DNA of 64,000 nt. Source: Eledone cirrhosa (taxonomy: Eukaryota). The translations under genes were made by a program, and so were the position numbers. The notes below the pieces were generated by a model, which saw only the letters and a list, made by a program, of their open reading frames with translations, was not told where the DNA came from and did not search any database. Where the stretch lies: assembly GCA_964016885.1 (NCBI GenBank), contig OZ024743.1:376960001-377024000 (forward strand), in the 5' to 3' direction. Positions within the stretch are counted from its first letter, which is position 1, and each line of letters begins with the position of its first letter. Positions 26,801-42,645 of this stretch are shown one piece after another.

Positions 26801-28831
26801 AGGGGAAACCTTAAAAAAATATTTTTTTATAAAAATACAAACGAAAGACACAGAACTCCAGGGTCATCGGCCGTTGGGGTGGCAGTATCGACCCCTACCA
26901 ACGATACTGCTAGTCCACCCGGAGTCACAGCGTCTGACACAAGCCAAGCGCTGTCCAGTGGAGTAAGAGACGAGAGACAAAACATTAATATATAGCAATT
27001 AAGCTACATGTACACACAGTATATATATATATATGTGTGTGTTTGTGTGTGTAAATAGAGAAAGCTGTTGAGTTAGGAAGCATTCGGAAAATTTGAAATG
27101 TGTGCGTCCCAATGCAAATGACCATAATAATAGTCAACCATAATAGATCAGAGAATCGGGTAAAATACCCATGGAGTCGGGGAAATGGTAGAATGGGGTA
27201 CCCAATAGAATACCACATCTATCAGATGCTAACGAGAAAGTTAACCACTACAGTAAAAAGCCGATGGGCATCAATTCCGTCTTTTTAGAAGATGTTAAGC
27301 TTGTAGCTAGAAGTGTAAACAAAGCCGTTGACTTAAGAAGCATACTAAACATTTGAAATTTGAAGTGTTTGTGTTGCAATGCAAATTACCAAATAATAGT
27401 TGATCCAGATTTTATTCTTTTATTTATGTATGTATATAAGTATGAATGTGTTCTATTTTTGGGGTAAATGCATTCGAGGTTCAGAGAGTGGGATTAGCTC
27501 CGTGCAAAGCCTTTCTTCACTTAAAAAAGCTTCAAGCACAGACATTGCTTGATCTGTGACATTTTTTGCGATGCATGGCATGGCTGGCCATAGGCAAGTC
27601 CGTAGCAGGACTAAAAAGCCACGTCGGTGATGTTCATGTTTAAGTATCAAACGATGGCATTGTTCGAAATCTAGTTGTCGCCATCATCATGTGTATATAC
27701 ATGTATGTATGTTTGTATGTTTATACATTATAAATATGTGTTTGTGTGCGTATATGTATGCGAGAGAGTGTAGGGAGCGTGTATGGAGGGTTGTGGACGA
27801 GTGGGTATGTGTGTCTGTATGTGCGTGTGGGGGAGTGTGTATGTATATGCATGTGGAGGAGTGTGTCTATATGTGCGTATGAGGGAGTGCGTCTATATGT
27901 GCATGTGAGGGAGTGTGTCTATATGTGCATGTGGGGGAGTGTGTCTATATGTGCGTGTGGGGGTTGTGTGAGTATGTCTGTATGTGCGTGTGGGGGCTGT
28001 GTCTGTATGTGCGTGTGGGGGTTGTGTGAGTGTGTCTGTATGTGCGCGTGTCTGTAAGTGTGTCGATATGCGCGTGTGTGGGACTGTGTCTGTATGTGCG
28101 TGTATGTGAGTGTATCTGTATGTGCGTGTATGTGAGCGTGTTTGTATGTGTGTGTGTGTCTGTATGTGTGTGTGTCTGTATGTATGTGTGTCTGTGATTG
28201 TATTGATACGGAAATCTAGATTTATGAATTCGTAATTTCCTAAACTATTTGTATTATCAACAAAATAACTTGAAACCGGAAACGATTTCACGATTTTAGT
28301 TGGATTTCAATGAAAACATGTTTGCTTGTTTTGTTTTGTTTTGTTTGTTTTTGTTTTTCTGTGAAATAACAGACGATATCATCGAAAGAATTCAAATGAT
28401 TTCATCAACTAGATAACGGCAATATGTTGAATGACAAATGTTCTCTATAATTTAATGTAATTATAATGAAAGATTAAGTTCAAAGAAGAATCAGTGTTTG
28501 TCAATATAGCTCCGAGTGAATGTATAGTTGTGTTGTTATGATGTATAAGATAGGAACAATAAAATTTGAAAGACATATATAATGTGATTTGGAATATTTG
28601 GTTTATTCTTGAAATTTCTCCAAGATCAGAAAGCAAATACTTATGTACTGGGTAGGCCATAATTAACTTACTAGAATACTAGCTTACTGTAGTGTAGTAT
28701 GAATGCAAAAGAAACCATACTGAAGAAATTTTATTCCAAACTTAAACCATAAGAAATTCATATAAAATTCTATAGTTACATTGAATGTTCAAATGTTGTG
28801 ACTTAGTTATAGTCCATCCCATATATATATA

Positions 28832-28974
<143 letters not shown>

Positions 28975-29154
28975 TTCTACAGGACTAGAACTGTTTCATT
29001 CGAAGTAAATCATCAGGCAAACACGTCGGTGATGTTCATGTTTAAGTATCGAGCGATGGCATTGTTCAAAATCGTGTGGCAGCCATCATCATGTGTATAT
29101 AAATATATGTATGTGTGTGTGTGTTTATACATTATAAATATGTGTTTGTGTGTG

Positions 29155-29198
<44 letters not shown>

Positions 29199-29199
<1 letters not shown>

Positions 29200-29372
29200 A
29201 GAAATGGCTTCTATGGGACTAGAACTGTTTCATTAAAAAAAATCACTAAAAGGTTTACTGGTGATTTCTTTTGTATGAAACAGTTCTAGTCCCGTAGAAG
29301 CCATTTCTATAATGAACTTCATGTTTACACTCCACTAATGTATTGAGTACCTTACTAACTGTGGTTACCCCC
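29199..29372. mobile_element. Foldback mini-element, family B
   Basis: Arms 29199-29233 / 29275-29309; tail with tattgagtacc. Partial copies at ~28972-29017 and ~31568-31620. Confidence 0.7.
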
Positions 29373-30909
29373 AATATGATAAATATTGTTTTCTAGGATA
29401 GGAGACAAAAACTATGCAGCTGCTATGGATATCAACTTCTCAGCATACGTTAAAGCCTTGTATAATATCTTGAAATAAAAACCATGAATCAATACAGTTT
29501 GGAGTCGATGTTTATATATTCTCATTAAGGTTGTAGTCTTGTGCTGTAATCTGTGGTAGAATTCTTCCGTACAAAGCATTGGTTCTCTAAAACATCTATT
29601 TAATCAATTCACAAGGTACACACAGAATGTATTAACTGATTCAGAAGATACACACATAATTAATTAGTGTCGAGGTAATGATCTGCAAGTAAATGGGAGT
29701 GGAAACATGAGGATATATACGAGAGCTAAAAGAGATCTCAGTGGATATAGGGATGTAGGAATTATGACAGTGATTTCACATAAAATACTGCAGAGATTTT
29801 CATGAAATAGAATATACGGTAGTGGTGCCCCAGCATGGCCTCAGCCACTCGGCTGGAACATATAATATAATAATAGAATAGTAGAAAGTCATTAGACAGT
29901 AAGAATTAATCCAGATTCTTTTGAGCTCAAAAACATCAGAAATATTAACTCCATGGTGTGGAGAAAAAGAATGTTGAAAATATTGCTTCTTTCTTTTAGA
30001 AAGGCGGACAATCTGGCGGTGTTTATTCCGATACTCTACGCATTGGGTTGACATCTCGTTTAGGTTAATTTGCATTTAATCCTTTCGGGGTTTCTAAAGA
30101 GAATACTGTCCCTATACTGCTGCAACACTTTCTCCTTCCAGCTATCATATCTTGGATATTTTGCCGGATCAGAGAATGGGAGAGCCGAGATGTTTATGGC
30201 TGATCATGAACACTATGGTCACATATGTAAGGGCAATTGACGGTGTGCTGCTTTTGGGTTAAAACGAAATTGATACATCACTCTTCTCTTCATTGGTTAA
30301 AAAGACTTTCTGTCAAGTAAAGAGAAATCAATGATCTTCGATGCTGTATGGTATATCCTTGTATATATTTTCTACTTTCTATTCTACTTAACACCTTTTT
30401 TTCCTCCAGACAAATCTACCGAAAACAATAACATACAACCTTTGGCGTGTGATGCTGATTGACACAGGTGTTACACAATGCGGCAATGTCTGAGAGCGTG
30501 TGCAAATTTTATGAATCTGATATTAAATATCGTTGGACTTGAGCCAATGAAATAGAATCAGCATAGCGACCTTAGCGAAAGCCTGATAAATACTACCACG
30601 TCATACTCGATTACAAGTGACGGTCGTACTTTAATGCCAGAACCAGAAAATAGAAATTATATTGTGTTATGTTATGGCAATCGTTGCTCGTTTGAAGTTA
30701 CTAGAACCTAGGAAATTTTATAGGAAAGGATAGGAAATCTTTTTTAAAATATCTTATGTTATCCCAATTATTATAGATGCAAACGGTTATTTAATATCTA
30801 GTTAGAATTATAGTTGATTTAACCATAGAAATTCTATAGAGAAGCTCTTCATATTCCATAAATTGATCATAAACATTATATTGAGGCAGATCAACCTCTG
30901 AAATTTCCT

Positions 30910-31109
30910 NNNNNNNNNNNNNNNNNNNNNNNNNNNNNNNNNNNNNNNNNNNNNNNNNNNNNNNNNNNNNNNNNNNNNNNNNNNNNNNNNNNNNNNNNNN
31001 NNNNNNNNNNNNNNNNNNNNNNNNNNNNNNNNNNNNNNNNNNNNNNNNNNNNNNNNNNNNNNNNNNNNNNNNNNNNNNNNNNNNNNNNNNNNNNNNNNNN
31101 NNNNNNNNN
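30910..31109. other. Assembly gap (200 N)
   Basis: Run of N; the round length suggests a scaffolding join of unknown true size. Confidence 0.99.
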
Positions 31110-31133
31110 CTTAAACTTTAATCTGTTATTTTA

Positions 31134-31196
<63 letters not shown>

Positions 31197-31198
<2 letters not shown>

Positions 31199-31400
31199 GG
31201 AAAAAGTATGACCCCGACGGCAGAGCTCAAGCCGTTTCGACGGCTATTTTTGGACTCAAATATCCGCCCAGAAATAGCCGTCGAAACGGCTTGAGCTCTG
31301 CCGTTGAGGTCATACTTTTTCCTATTACCCACTCTACTACCTAAATATTGAGTACTCTGGTGCGTTATGGTCCATCTGGTTCCTTACCACAATTCCTTCG
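31197..31400. mobile_element. Foldback mini-element, family C
   Basis: Arms ~31197-31249 / 31271-31325 (gaccccgacggcagagctcaagccgtttcgacggct) plus a tail with tattgagtac; inside (TA)n. Confidence 0.75.
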
Positions 31401-31443
31401 TTATATATATATATATATATTTTATATTTATACATATTTATAT

Positions 31444-31488
<45 letters not shown>

Positions 31489-32053
31489 CACATATATATA
31501 TGTATATATATATATGCACACACACGCACACATATATATATATATATGTATATATTTCAAGTTCAATATAGAAATGACTTCTACAGGACTAGAACTGTTT
31601 CATTCAAAAGAAATCATCACGAAAGCCCCCGATTGAACCCGGCACTCATATATAGATATATGTGTGTGGGGGATGAGGGGGGTATGTGTATATGTGTTAT
31701 AGTACACTAAACTATACTAACAACCACCATTGTTAAAAGTAACCGAAGGTAATTTGAAAGACTACAGGAAAATCAATAGCAATGCTCCCACTTTGATATA
31801 TAAACTACAATAAACCTGGGTGTTTATATAGCTAAATTGTTTCAAATATAGGTTGGTTCTTCTTGACAAAGCCACGATGCACTTGCTAAGGTCTCTATAT
31901 TTGCCTTCACTTCTTAAAACAAACATACATTCTTACTTTCTTTTCATCTTTCGGAGCAGATTTTACACACAACTAATTCTTCAAGACCAGAACATTTCCC
32001 ATCAGATGGCATCTAGATTAGCTCTGCAATAGCCTATACACAATTTAAAAACT

Positions 32054-32146
<93 letters not shown>

Positions 32147-32170
32147 ATGTGTGTGTGTGTGTATACATAT

Positions 32171-32268
<98 letters not shown>

Positions 32269-32660
32269 CACATACATGCATGGAGAGTGAGAAGAATGGC
32301 GCTGGCCACCAAAGACGTGTTCGTTGCTTATCTTTTCGTTTACTTCAGAATATATCGTTGTATGGACTAACCCTTGCAATATGTTTCCTTGGAGAAGCCG
32401 ATAATATCTTCAAAGAGCTACCAGCTGTCATTTGTCGGGCAAAGTGTCATAGAAAAATATCTCATTTAGCAATTCCGTTGACCAGCTTATGACATGGCTT
32501 CCTTCTTATCGATATACTTGGTGTTTATTGTATGATTAATGAGTTCAACTAAGGAAATCAGAAGACGATGGAGGGAAAAAAATGTCAGAGTCGCATTTGC
32601 CACAATGCTACAATGCATATGTCACGAACTGGTTTAAGATTATATATATATATATACACA

Positions 32661-32866
<206 letters not shown>

Positions 32867-32937
32867 TACATATATACATATATATATATACATATACATA
32901 TATACATACACATATATGTATGTTTATACATACATAA

Positions 32938-33032
<95 letters not shown>

Positions 33033-33728
33033 AAGAGAGAGAGAGACGGGGGAGAAGGAAAAAGAGAGAGAACAATATGTGCAGAGAAGAAGATGGGAAT
33101 AAAACTCGTTTTACTTCAAATGTCTTTCACAACTCTGATAAAGCTTCGTCATGAAAGGCTATCAAAAGTCATTGGGAAAGATTTTTCAACGAAAATCCCA
33201 TTATAGCGAATAGATATATGTAATGGCGTACGTATATATGTTTGTCTGACTAAATAGATGGAAGGATCGAGAAGTAAATGGTTGGATGAATGAAAGTCTA
33301 TTCCAGTATGTTCGAACGTTCTATATGAAAAGGTTAGGACAGGAGTAATTTTCCTCGTGTAACAAGTCTCGTAGATCATTTATTTGACGGAGTTCATGTT
33401 GGTCACAGTTAGCAAAGAAATTCCATTATCTGATTAGATGACCCACCGATATATATAAGCTATTTATTTTATCGAATTATCACAATAAACATAACACGCT
33501 AACAGCTCAAAATGGGATTTATTCGGTGAGCCTAAAATAGATGTAGAATAATTGGTTAAATATAATATATGTATGTATAATATATATACGTATGGATGTA
33601 TGTATGTATAATATATATATATTCGTGTGTGTATGTGTGTGTAAATGTATGATATATGTATGTATATGTATGTATGATATATGTATGTATAATATATATA
33701 TACGTATGCATGTATGTATGTATGTATG

Positions 33729-33792
<64 letters not shown>

Positions 33793-34259
33793 GTGTGTAT
33801 ATGTGTGTGTGTATGTATAATATATGTATGTATGATATATGTATGTATGTATGATATATGTATAATTGATACATGTATGTATAATATATGTATGTATATA
33901 TAATATATGTATGTATTTATGATGTATATATATATGTATGTATAATATAGTATGTATGTACAATATATATATGTATAATATATGTATGTATGTTGGGTTG
34001 AAGAGTGCGGGGGTATTCAGTGTGTTTCTGTGTGTGTGTGCCTGTCTATATGTGTGCGTCTCTGTGTGTGCGTGTCTGTATGTGTGTGTCTGTGTGTGCG
34101 CGTATCTGTGTGTGTGTGCGTGTCTGTATGTACACGTGGACGTGTGTGTGTGTGTTAGTATGGGTATGTTAGTAAATAAACTTATTAATGGAGAAAGAAA
34201 AGAGAGAGATGCAAATATATTTATATACTTTGATTTATTAGAGACGAAATATTTAGAAT

Positions 34260-34261
<2 letters not shown>

Positions 34262-34341
<80 letters not shown>

Positions 34342-34414
34342 ACACACACATACAAAGACACACACACATACAAACACACACACACACACACACATACAAA
34401 GACACACACACATA

Positions 34415-34457
<43 letters not shown>

Positions 34458-34466
34458 ACACACACA

Positions 34467-34514
<48 letters not shown>

Positions 34515-34597
34515 AACACACACACACACATACAAACACACACACAAACACACACACACACATACACATACAAACACACACACACACACATACAAAT

Positions 34598-34630
<33 letters not shown>

Positions 34631-34830
34631 TACATACACACACACACACGCACACACACACAAACACACACACACAAACACATACAAACACACACACACA
34701 CACGCACACACACACAGACACACACATACAAACACACACACACAAACACACACACACATACACATACACATACACACACGCGAACACACACATACACACA
34801 CACACATACATACATGTACACACACACATA
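34262..34830. repeat. Long interrupted (CA)n microsatellite
   Basis: Direct reading. Confidence 0.97.
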
Positions 34831-35124
34831 CACCTACTCTTATATATGTACATACACATATACAGGTATGTACATACATAGATACACATATGTACGTGTA
34901 TGTGTACGTGTGCGTGTATATGTGTTTGTATGCATGCACGTATATATATATATGTGTATGTGTTAGGATTTAATGCTCGGGAACATGGCTACTAAAACCA
35001 GAGAGTTTTCTCTTTTCCGATTTTTAACAGACATTTTCAGTCACGTGGCCTTTGATGGTCATCACAGCATCACAGAAGGGATGTGTTTTTTTATGCTTGT
35101 GTATATATGTGTATATATGTATAT

Positions 35125-35410
35125 ATATACACATACAGGTCACCAGTTGGTGCTACTGGTAACATGTATCTCAGTACAACCTGTCTCATGGTCGGGTCAT
35201 TGGCGACTAAACTGGCAACCCCACCAAGGTTTCTTGGTGAGGAGGGTGACTTTGGACATCCTGCAGGACTAAAAACAAAACCTGTCAAAGGGCAAAGGAG
35301 CTCTTAAGAGTCAATGGCCATCCAAAATCACCGGGAGAGATGACCCCTTAGCCTTTGTCAAGGCAGAATTCTAGGAGAAGGAAAACTCTGATATAACACC
35401 TGCAACCCTG
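35125..35410 (+). mobile_element. Possible 5' UTR fragment of an RTE-type LINE
   Basis: GC-richer island with ctaggagaaggaaaactctgat and aaaacctgtcaaaggg motifs recalled from RTE 5' ends; no ORF support. Confidence 0.3.
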
Positions 35411-37999
35411 ATGGTATCCAATGATGTTGACTTGTTCTTCTTTTTGGTAAATATCATCTTGGTTAAGAGAGTGGGACTGGCTTTGTGCAGAGCCTTTGCT
35501 CACTATAAAAGCTTCACGGCACAGGCATTGATTTATATCTGGAGATCTCTCTGCACTTGTCGTCACATGGTGCCATGGGCCCAGCACTATGTGTCAATAA
35601 TTGTCACAGGTGTAGTGTTTGTACCAGAGTTTTCAAGTCGCTGGCTGGACTAAAAGTCACACTTGTTTAGCGCATCGGTAGAGGTTCTCCTACATGGATA
35701 TAAAGTAGTGGCCGTACTCGAAAACGAGTTGGCAGCCGCCATATGTATATATATATATATGTGTGTGTCTGTGTGTGTGTGTGTGTGTGTGTAAGGTGAG
35801 TGAGAGCGAGAGAGATAAATATCAGGCGGCTGAAGAAGTGGCATTGTTTCCTTTTGTCCTCGTTGTGCTGTGCGTGTGCGCGCGCGCGTGTGGGTGTGTC
35901 TGTGTGTGTGTGTGCGTGTGTGTGCGTGTGTGTGTCTGTCTGTGTCTGTCTGTCTGTGTATGTGTCTGTGTCTGTGTGCGTGTGTGCATATATATATATA
36001 TATATCAACAGTCGATCGACTTTCGTCAAATCGGACCGAGGAAACAATGTTTCAGTTGGCCTTTCCAATTCTACAGACTACATTATCCAATGGGTTCTTC
36101 CGTGTTTACAGCTGTAGCATGGAATTTGCCAGCGATTTAACTGCTATTAATAACAAGTTGAGCAACTTATTACCAAAGACATACCAGTCGTGATCATCCC
36201 GTCGTTTTTGTGTGAAAGAGGTGTATTGGGAAAATATTTAGGTTTGGGATTCGGAAATGAAAACTAGTAAGGTTGGCGGAAGAAGAGAAAACGCATAACT
36301 TGAGGGAGTTTAAACGGGACCCAGTTTTATTAGAGGTTTAAATGTTGGTGTTGCTTTTCTTGTTTATATCCCCAGGTTAGCTGTGATTCAGAAATCCTGT
36401 GATCGATGATATTTCAGCTGTAACCATCCCGTCTTTGTTTAAGGTATAATGCATCCAGGATTACATTATTTTGAATATATTTGTCACCTTCATTTATGAA
36501 GAGATCAGAGTATTATTTAAGGAGTTATGTTCATGATAACTACAAGCCTCTACATAGGATAGAAATAGCAGCCAAATCTCACTGAATTCAGACCTTACTG
36601 TTTTAAAAGATTGAAAGACATTGGATATTGTGCCCCTGTTTGTGATCACTCTGCGGTGGTGATGGTTTGAACACTTTATAGGTCATAGAGCGTCTCAATT
36701 AGGGCTCATCTGAAACTAAACAATAACAAACAGACATAGAAACAGGCACCAGATGTTTAGATTTCTGTTATCTTCATTCTGATTTTATTTGTACTTGTAA
36801 CAATTACCATGACGCTAACGTTGACGAGGAAAGAAAAAAGTAGAAGAAAAAAGAAGACTCCTTGTGAAATAGTTGATAGATGGGAATTTTCAGATGAAAT
36901 TTATAAATAAATAAATAAATAAATAAATATAAATATAAATATAAACATGTAATGAAACGTTTAAGAATAAACATAAATGCAACAACAAAAAAAAACGTTT
37001 AAATTACTAAAGCTTCAAATATGAACGAAGGTAGATGCTGGAAATTGTTCATACTTCAGATCGAATTAAGTAGAAGAGATTTTCAGTGAACTAGAAATAA
37101 ATTTGCTTGCTAGCCCGATGACATCTGCAAACTGTAAAGATTGTTTCGTTTTCAATAGTTTGTGCTTTCCGCCAGTTTGCACAGACAAAAACATCAACAT
37201 CAGCTGTTTATTTGAAAATGAAATTAATTCGAAGAAGCATTTAAAAATATCTAACTTAATGAGTGGAAAGCTATTTTTTTTTTTTTTTACATTTGGAATT
37301 GATTTCTATACTCTCTAATTATCGCTATAATTGCTACTTCAATACTTGGCTTTCAGGCGAAACTAAACAGACGAGAAACGGCGAGGAAACTATAATCTTC
37401 GCCCTTCTTCTTTTGTTGATTTGTTTTGTTGTGTGTTACTTTTTTTCTTCAAATCTTAAACACCTTCCCTGGAGATATCAATAGTTGTTATTCATTGTTT
37501 ATTGTTCTAGTTGTTGGTTTATCCTGTAGTTACAGTGTGAAATGAAATCAAACTATCTAGAGAGTCGATCTTCCCAACTGAACCAAGATGGCTGTTATTC
37601 AGAATTAAATATAGACTACTACGCTATGTTAATCAATAGTGTGACACGTGATCAGAAGTCGTCTGTTTATATCCTCACTTAACATAGCAATTATCGGAAG
37701 TCCATTTAAGAATGTATTATGGCTTACATATGCTAATAGCATCATCGAACTAATAAAAATAACTTTTATACAACGATCAATGAAAGGATACTTGCAGTAC
37801 TTCTCAAGATTCTGGTGAAACTAATCTTTGAAAATGGAAATATCATTGAAGGACAAACCTTCACCAAGGACTTTTTTTTATTTCTATAAATTATGCAAAA
37901 GGAAACCAATACATTGATTACTAAAGAAACTACGGTCTTCATACAGAATTTACTTTCTGTGTTCTACAGATGAAATTCGACGAAGTGGTGCATACAATA

Positions 38000-38210
38000 G
38001 TTTCTAATTTAGGCACAAGGCCAGCAATTTGGGGTGAGGAGTAAGTCAATTACATTGATTCCAATACATGAATGGTATTTTATTTTATCGACTCCTTAAG
38101 AATGAAAGGCAACATTGATCTCGCTGGGATTTGAACTCGGAACATAAAATAACAGAATAGTGCAAACATGTTGTCCGGTGCTCTGACAATTCTACCAATC
38201 CATCGCCCGA
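38000..38210 (-). mobile_element. SINE copy, same family
   Basis: ggcacaaggccagcaattt...gaatgaaaggc...gggatttgaactcg. Confidence 0.75.
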
Positions 38211-38402
38211 GGGATACATATAATAGACGTAATTGAAAGCTGATATCGATTAAGTCGATATGTGGTGGCCTATAACATGAACATCGATCAATCAGTACAT
38301 AGGTCCGGGGCTCCGTGGATATATGATCCACCCGCTCCTACAAAAAAATCCTTTCAGCTCCTCGGAAATTTGAAAGGAGCTTACACAACAGGAAGTTGAT
38401 GT

Positions 38403-39500
38403 TAGTGATGATGATCAGTGATGATGATGATCAGTGATGATGATGATCAGTGATGATGATGATCAGTGATGATGATGATGATCAGTGATGATGATGATCA
38501 GTGATGATGATCAGTGATGATGATGATCAGTGATGATGATGATGATCAGTGATGATGATGATCAGTGATGATGATGATCAGTGATGATGATGATCAGTGA
38601 TGATGATGATGATCAGTGATGATGATGATCAGTGATGATGATGATCAGTGATGATGATGATGATCAGTGATGATGATGATCAGTGATGATGATGATCAGT
38701 GATGATGATGATGATCAGTGATGATGATGATCAGTGATGATGATGATGATCAGTGATGATGATCAGTGATGATGATGATCAGTGATGATGATGATGATCA
38801 GTGATGATGATGATGATCAGTGATGATGATGATGATCAGTGATGATGATGATGATCAGTGATGATGATGATCAGTGATGATGATGATGATCAGTGATGAT
38901 GATGATCAGTGATGATGATCAGTGATGATGATGATGATCAGTGATGATGATGATGATCAGTGATGATAATCAGTGATGATGATGATCAGTGATGATGATG
39001 ATCAGTGATGATGATGATGATCAGTGATGATGATGATGATCAGTGATGATGATGATGATCAGTGATGATGATGATCAGTGATGATGATGATGATCAGTGA
39101 TGATGATGATGATCAGTGATGATGATGATGATCAGTGATGATGATGATGATCAGTGATGATGATGATCAGTGATGATGATGATGATCAGTGATGATGATG
39201 ATCAGTGATGATGATCAGTGATGATGATGATGATCAGTGATGATGATGATGATCAGTGATGATAATCAGTGATGATGATGATCAGTGATGATGATGATGA
39301 TCAGTGATGATGATGATGATCAGTGATGATGATGATCAGTGATGATGATGATGATCAGTGATGATGATGATCAGTGATGATGATGATGATCAGTGATGAT
39401 GATGATCAGTGATGATGATGATCAGTGATGATGATGATGATCAGTGATGATGATGATGATCAGTGATGATGATGATCAGTGATGATGATGATCAGTGATG
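38403..39500. repeat. Compound repeat [(TGA)n TCAG]m, ~1.1 kb
   Basis: Units of about 13-19 bp differing only in TGA copy number. Confidence 0.97.
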
Positions 39501-39692
39501 ATCATCATCATCATGACGTTGACGATGAATTTTTGCTGCTTCTGATTTTTATACCGCTGCTGTTGCTACTGCTAATGATGATGATGATGATGGGGAGGGG
39601 GGGGATAGCGGTTATACCACAGCTGCGGCAACAACAACAACAACTGCTGCTGCTGCTGCTGCTCCTAGCTGACCAGTGAATATGATTACACA

Positions 39693-40050
39693 TCTCTCCC
39701 TCTTGTTCTCTCTCCCTCTCTCCCTCTCTTTCTCTCTTTCTCTCTCCCTCTCTCCCTCTCTCCCTATCTTTCTCTCTCCCTCTCTCCCTCTTGTTCTCTC
39801 TCCCTCTCTTTCTCTCTCCCTCTTTTTCTCTCTCCCTCTCTTTCTCTCTCCCTCTCTTTCTCTCTTTCTCTCTCCCTCTTGTTCTCTCTCCCTCTTGTTC
39901 TCTCTCCCTCTTGTTCTCTCTCCCTCTCTTTCTCTCTCCCTATCTTTCTCTCTCCCTCTCTTTCTCTCTCCCTCTCTTTCTCTCTTTCTCTCTCCCTCTT
40001 GTTCTCTCTCCCCCTCTTTCTCCCTCCCTCTTGTTCTCTCTCCCTCTCTC
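39693..40050. repeat. Polypyrimidine minisatellite (tctctccctcttgt / tctctccctctctt)
   Basis: Direct reading. Confidence 0.9.
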
Positions 40051-40171
40051 TGTCCATCTGCCTCTACCTCTCCCTCTATTCTCCTCCCTACCCACCACCA
40101 GACATCAACAAATTCTATTAAATATACCCTAATGTAATCTGAGAAATAATTTCCAATAATTATCGACTGAT

Positions 40172-40276
<105 letters not shown>

Positions 40277-40299
40277 CTCTCTCTCTCTCTCTCTCTACG

Positions 40300-40331
40300 T
40301 CTGGCTGTCTTCATGTCTGTCTATCTGTCTA

Positions 40332-40362
<31 letters not shown>

Positions 40363-40367
40363 GTCTC

Positions 40368-40398
<31 letters not shown>

Positions 40399-40523
40399 GT
40401 CTCTCTGTCTGTCTGTCTATCTGTCTCTCTGTCTGTCTATCTGTCTGTCTGTCTGTCTGTCTCTCTGTCTGTCTGTCTGTCTCTCTGTCTGTCTATCTGT
40501 CTGTCTCTCTGTCTCTCTGTCTC

Positions 40524-40566
<43 letters not shown>

Positions 40567-40667
40567 GTCTGTCTCTCTGTCTCTCTGTCTCTCTGTCTCT
40601 CTGTATGTCTGTCTGTCTGTCTTTCTGTCTGTCTGTCTTTCTGTCTGTCTGCCTGTCTGTCTGTCTG
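40300..40667. repeat. (TCTG)n microsatellite at the LINE 5' flank
   Basis: Direct reading; resumes at 46319. Confidence 0.95.
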
Positions 40668-40842
40668 AGGATAGTAGACGTCTTTCATATCGGCTCTGCG
40701 ATTTGGAATTTTTACCTGGAATATTTGTGAGTGAATTATTTGAATTGTTTTTTATTATTGACTCTAACCCCTAGTCTGGGACTGTAGACGTAGGGTAAAT
40801 ATATTTTCACCCCTTTTGGGGAGAAAAATATTTAATTCAGAA

Positions 40843-42622
40843 ATGTTTATCGATATCGTCGAAAACGATATCGTCGAAAACGATATCGCCATATTGGAAG
40901 CTAACGCCACGCCTACCAAAAAAATAAGCGGGAAAGAGGGAACAACAGTTCAAACTGTTGAACAGCCCCTCCTCTCCAATAAAAAAAAAGAATATTAATT
41001 CAAATGAAAAACTTAATTTTGAAGAAAAAAATAACACCACAAATAATGAAACCAACAACATTACAACAACAAACAAAGACAACAAAATTTCTTTTGCCCA
41101 AACGGTCAGGAAAGCTATCGAGTACAAGCCAATAGATATCACGAACGCTAAGCAAAATTTGCTAGATGCTAGAAAATACGTATCTTTTGGGGAGGATGGT
41201 TCTTTTACGATCAACTCCCCAGAAGAAGTGCGTCAACAGGTATATAGGAATACCGTAACCTACAGGACTATAACCAACGCAACAAGAAAGCCAGATCAAT
41301 TGACAGAAAGTCAAATTGAGCTGGTTCTGAAAGACATTAAAAAGGACATACTCTTTATTCAAAGAGGAAAGCTGTATGCCAGCATTATGGTCCGAATGAA
41401 GGACGAAATGCTGGCTCAAAAATAATCGGTGGCACCTATAGTGTCACCTCAATACACCTTCTTCCCCACATATAAAGGAAGAAGAACACAAAGAATAAGA
41501 ATGTGGAACCCAACGCCAGAAATTAACATCTGGTCCGTCCTAACAGGATTTACGGACCTAGAAAAGGACATACTTATTTCAGCAGGAGAGTCCACCAGTG
41601 GACTGTTCGGGGGGGAAAGTCTGGAGGTTCTCTTACAGATGACACCTGAGAGAATCTCCGGAATACCCGACTGAGTGCTACTGGATGGGCGAACCTTCAT
41701 AAATATCACAGTGGAAGGCAGGAGACCCTCATGTTACCACTGCGCTGGCAGAGGTCACCTGAGGACGGCCTGCCCTCTACTAACAACAAAAAAACCACTG
41801 CTACAAACACCACAACAACAACAAAAACAACCAGCACCACCATCACAAAAACAACAAAATACACTACCATCACCACCACAACGACAACAAAAACCAACAA
41901 CACCACCACCACCACCACCACCACCACCACAACAACAACAACATCAACAACAGCTCAAGAAAACAACCCAAAACACGGTCCCACCCAGCCCCACCCCACA
42001 GAACACAAATACAAAAACACACGCAGTTCATACACAACCCGGAGATATACCCCTCCCCTCCAATACGGAAGAGGAGCTCATATCGTCGGAAGACGAGGGA
42101 GTTCCCTTCCAAAAAGTGAAAAGAAAAAAACGTACACACACCACACAAACAAAAATAACCCTACCTGACAACACAACACAAACAATAAAACGCAAACTCA
42201 CTCAAGAACAACAAGCAAAAACAAACACAACAACACAAAAACTCTACACATACATAAACAAAAACAATAAAAACCTAACTGAAAAAATAGAAAACAACCC
42301 TTCGATACAAACCGAAGGGCCGAATTTCGTAACGGCAATGGGACTCCCTAACCTGAAAATGGTGAAAATCCCACTTGACATTTTCAAAACTTTGAAAGAC
42401 ATTTACCCTGAGGACGTGGGCCCACCCTGCACCAGGCCACTCAACCGCGTCCTCCTGAAAGGTTTTCCCCTCCCCTCCTCAAACACCCACACAACTCCAA
42501 AGATCCCAACCCCTCCACACACTAATACCCCCACACCACTACAAACCACCACCCCACCCATCAACCCCTCCACCAGCCCCATGGAAACTGAGCGGCCCGA
42601 ACCCCGGGACGCAGAGAGGTAA
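40843..42622 (+). pseudogene. LINE ORF1 (gag-like, CYHCAGRGHLRTAC zinc knuckle, P/Q/T-rich C-terminus), disabled
   Basis: Track ORFs 40958-41425, 41429-41674 and 41675-42622 share one frame, split by TAA and TGA. The ATG at 40843 plus a frameshift in the A-run near 40981 is inferred. Confidence 0.8.
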
Positions 42623-42645
42623 GTGCCTCTTTCTTTGCCACCAAC

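Noticed and set aside
29400-30900. Non-repetitive stretch that might be a decayed transposase or exon
   Set aside because: No sustained ORF or recognisable motif; it needs a translated database search.
38403-39500. RTGATGA and CTGA words resembling C/D box snoRNA or hammerhead boxes
   Set aside because: Pure simple-repeat context, with no guide sequences, GAAA box or stems.
41423-41674. In-frame TAA/TGA in LINE ORF1 as programmed read-through or selenocysteine
   Set aside because: The element has several other stops and frameshifts, so ordinary decay is the simpler explanation.
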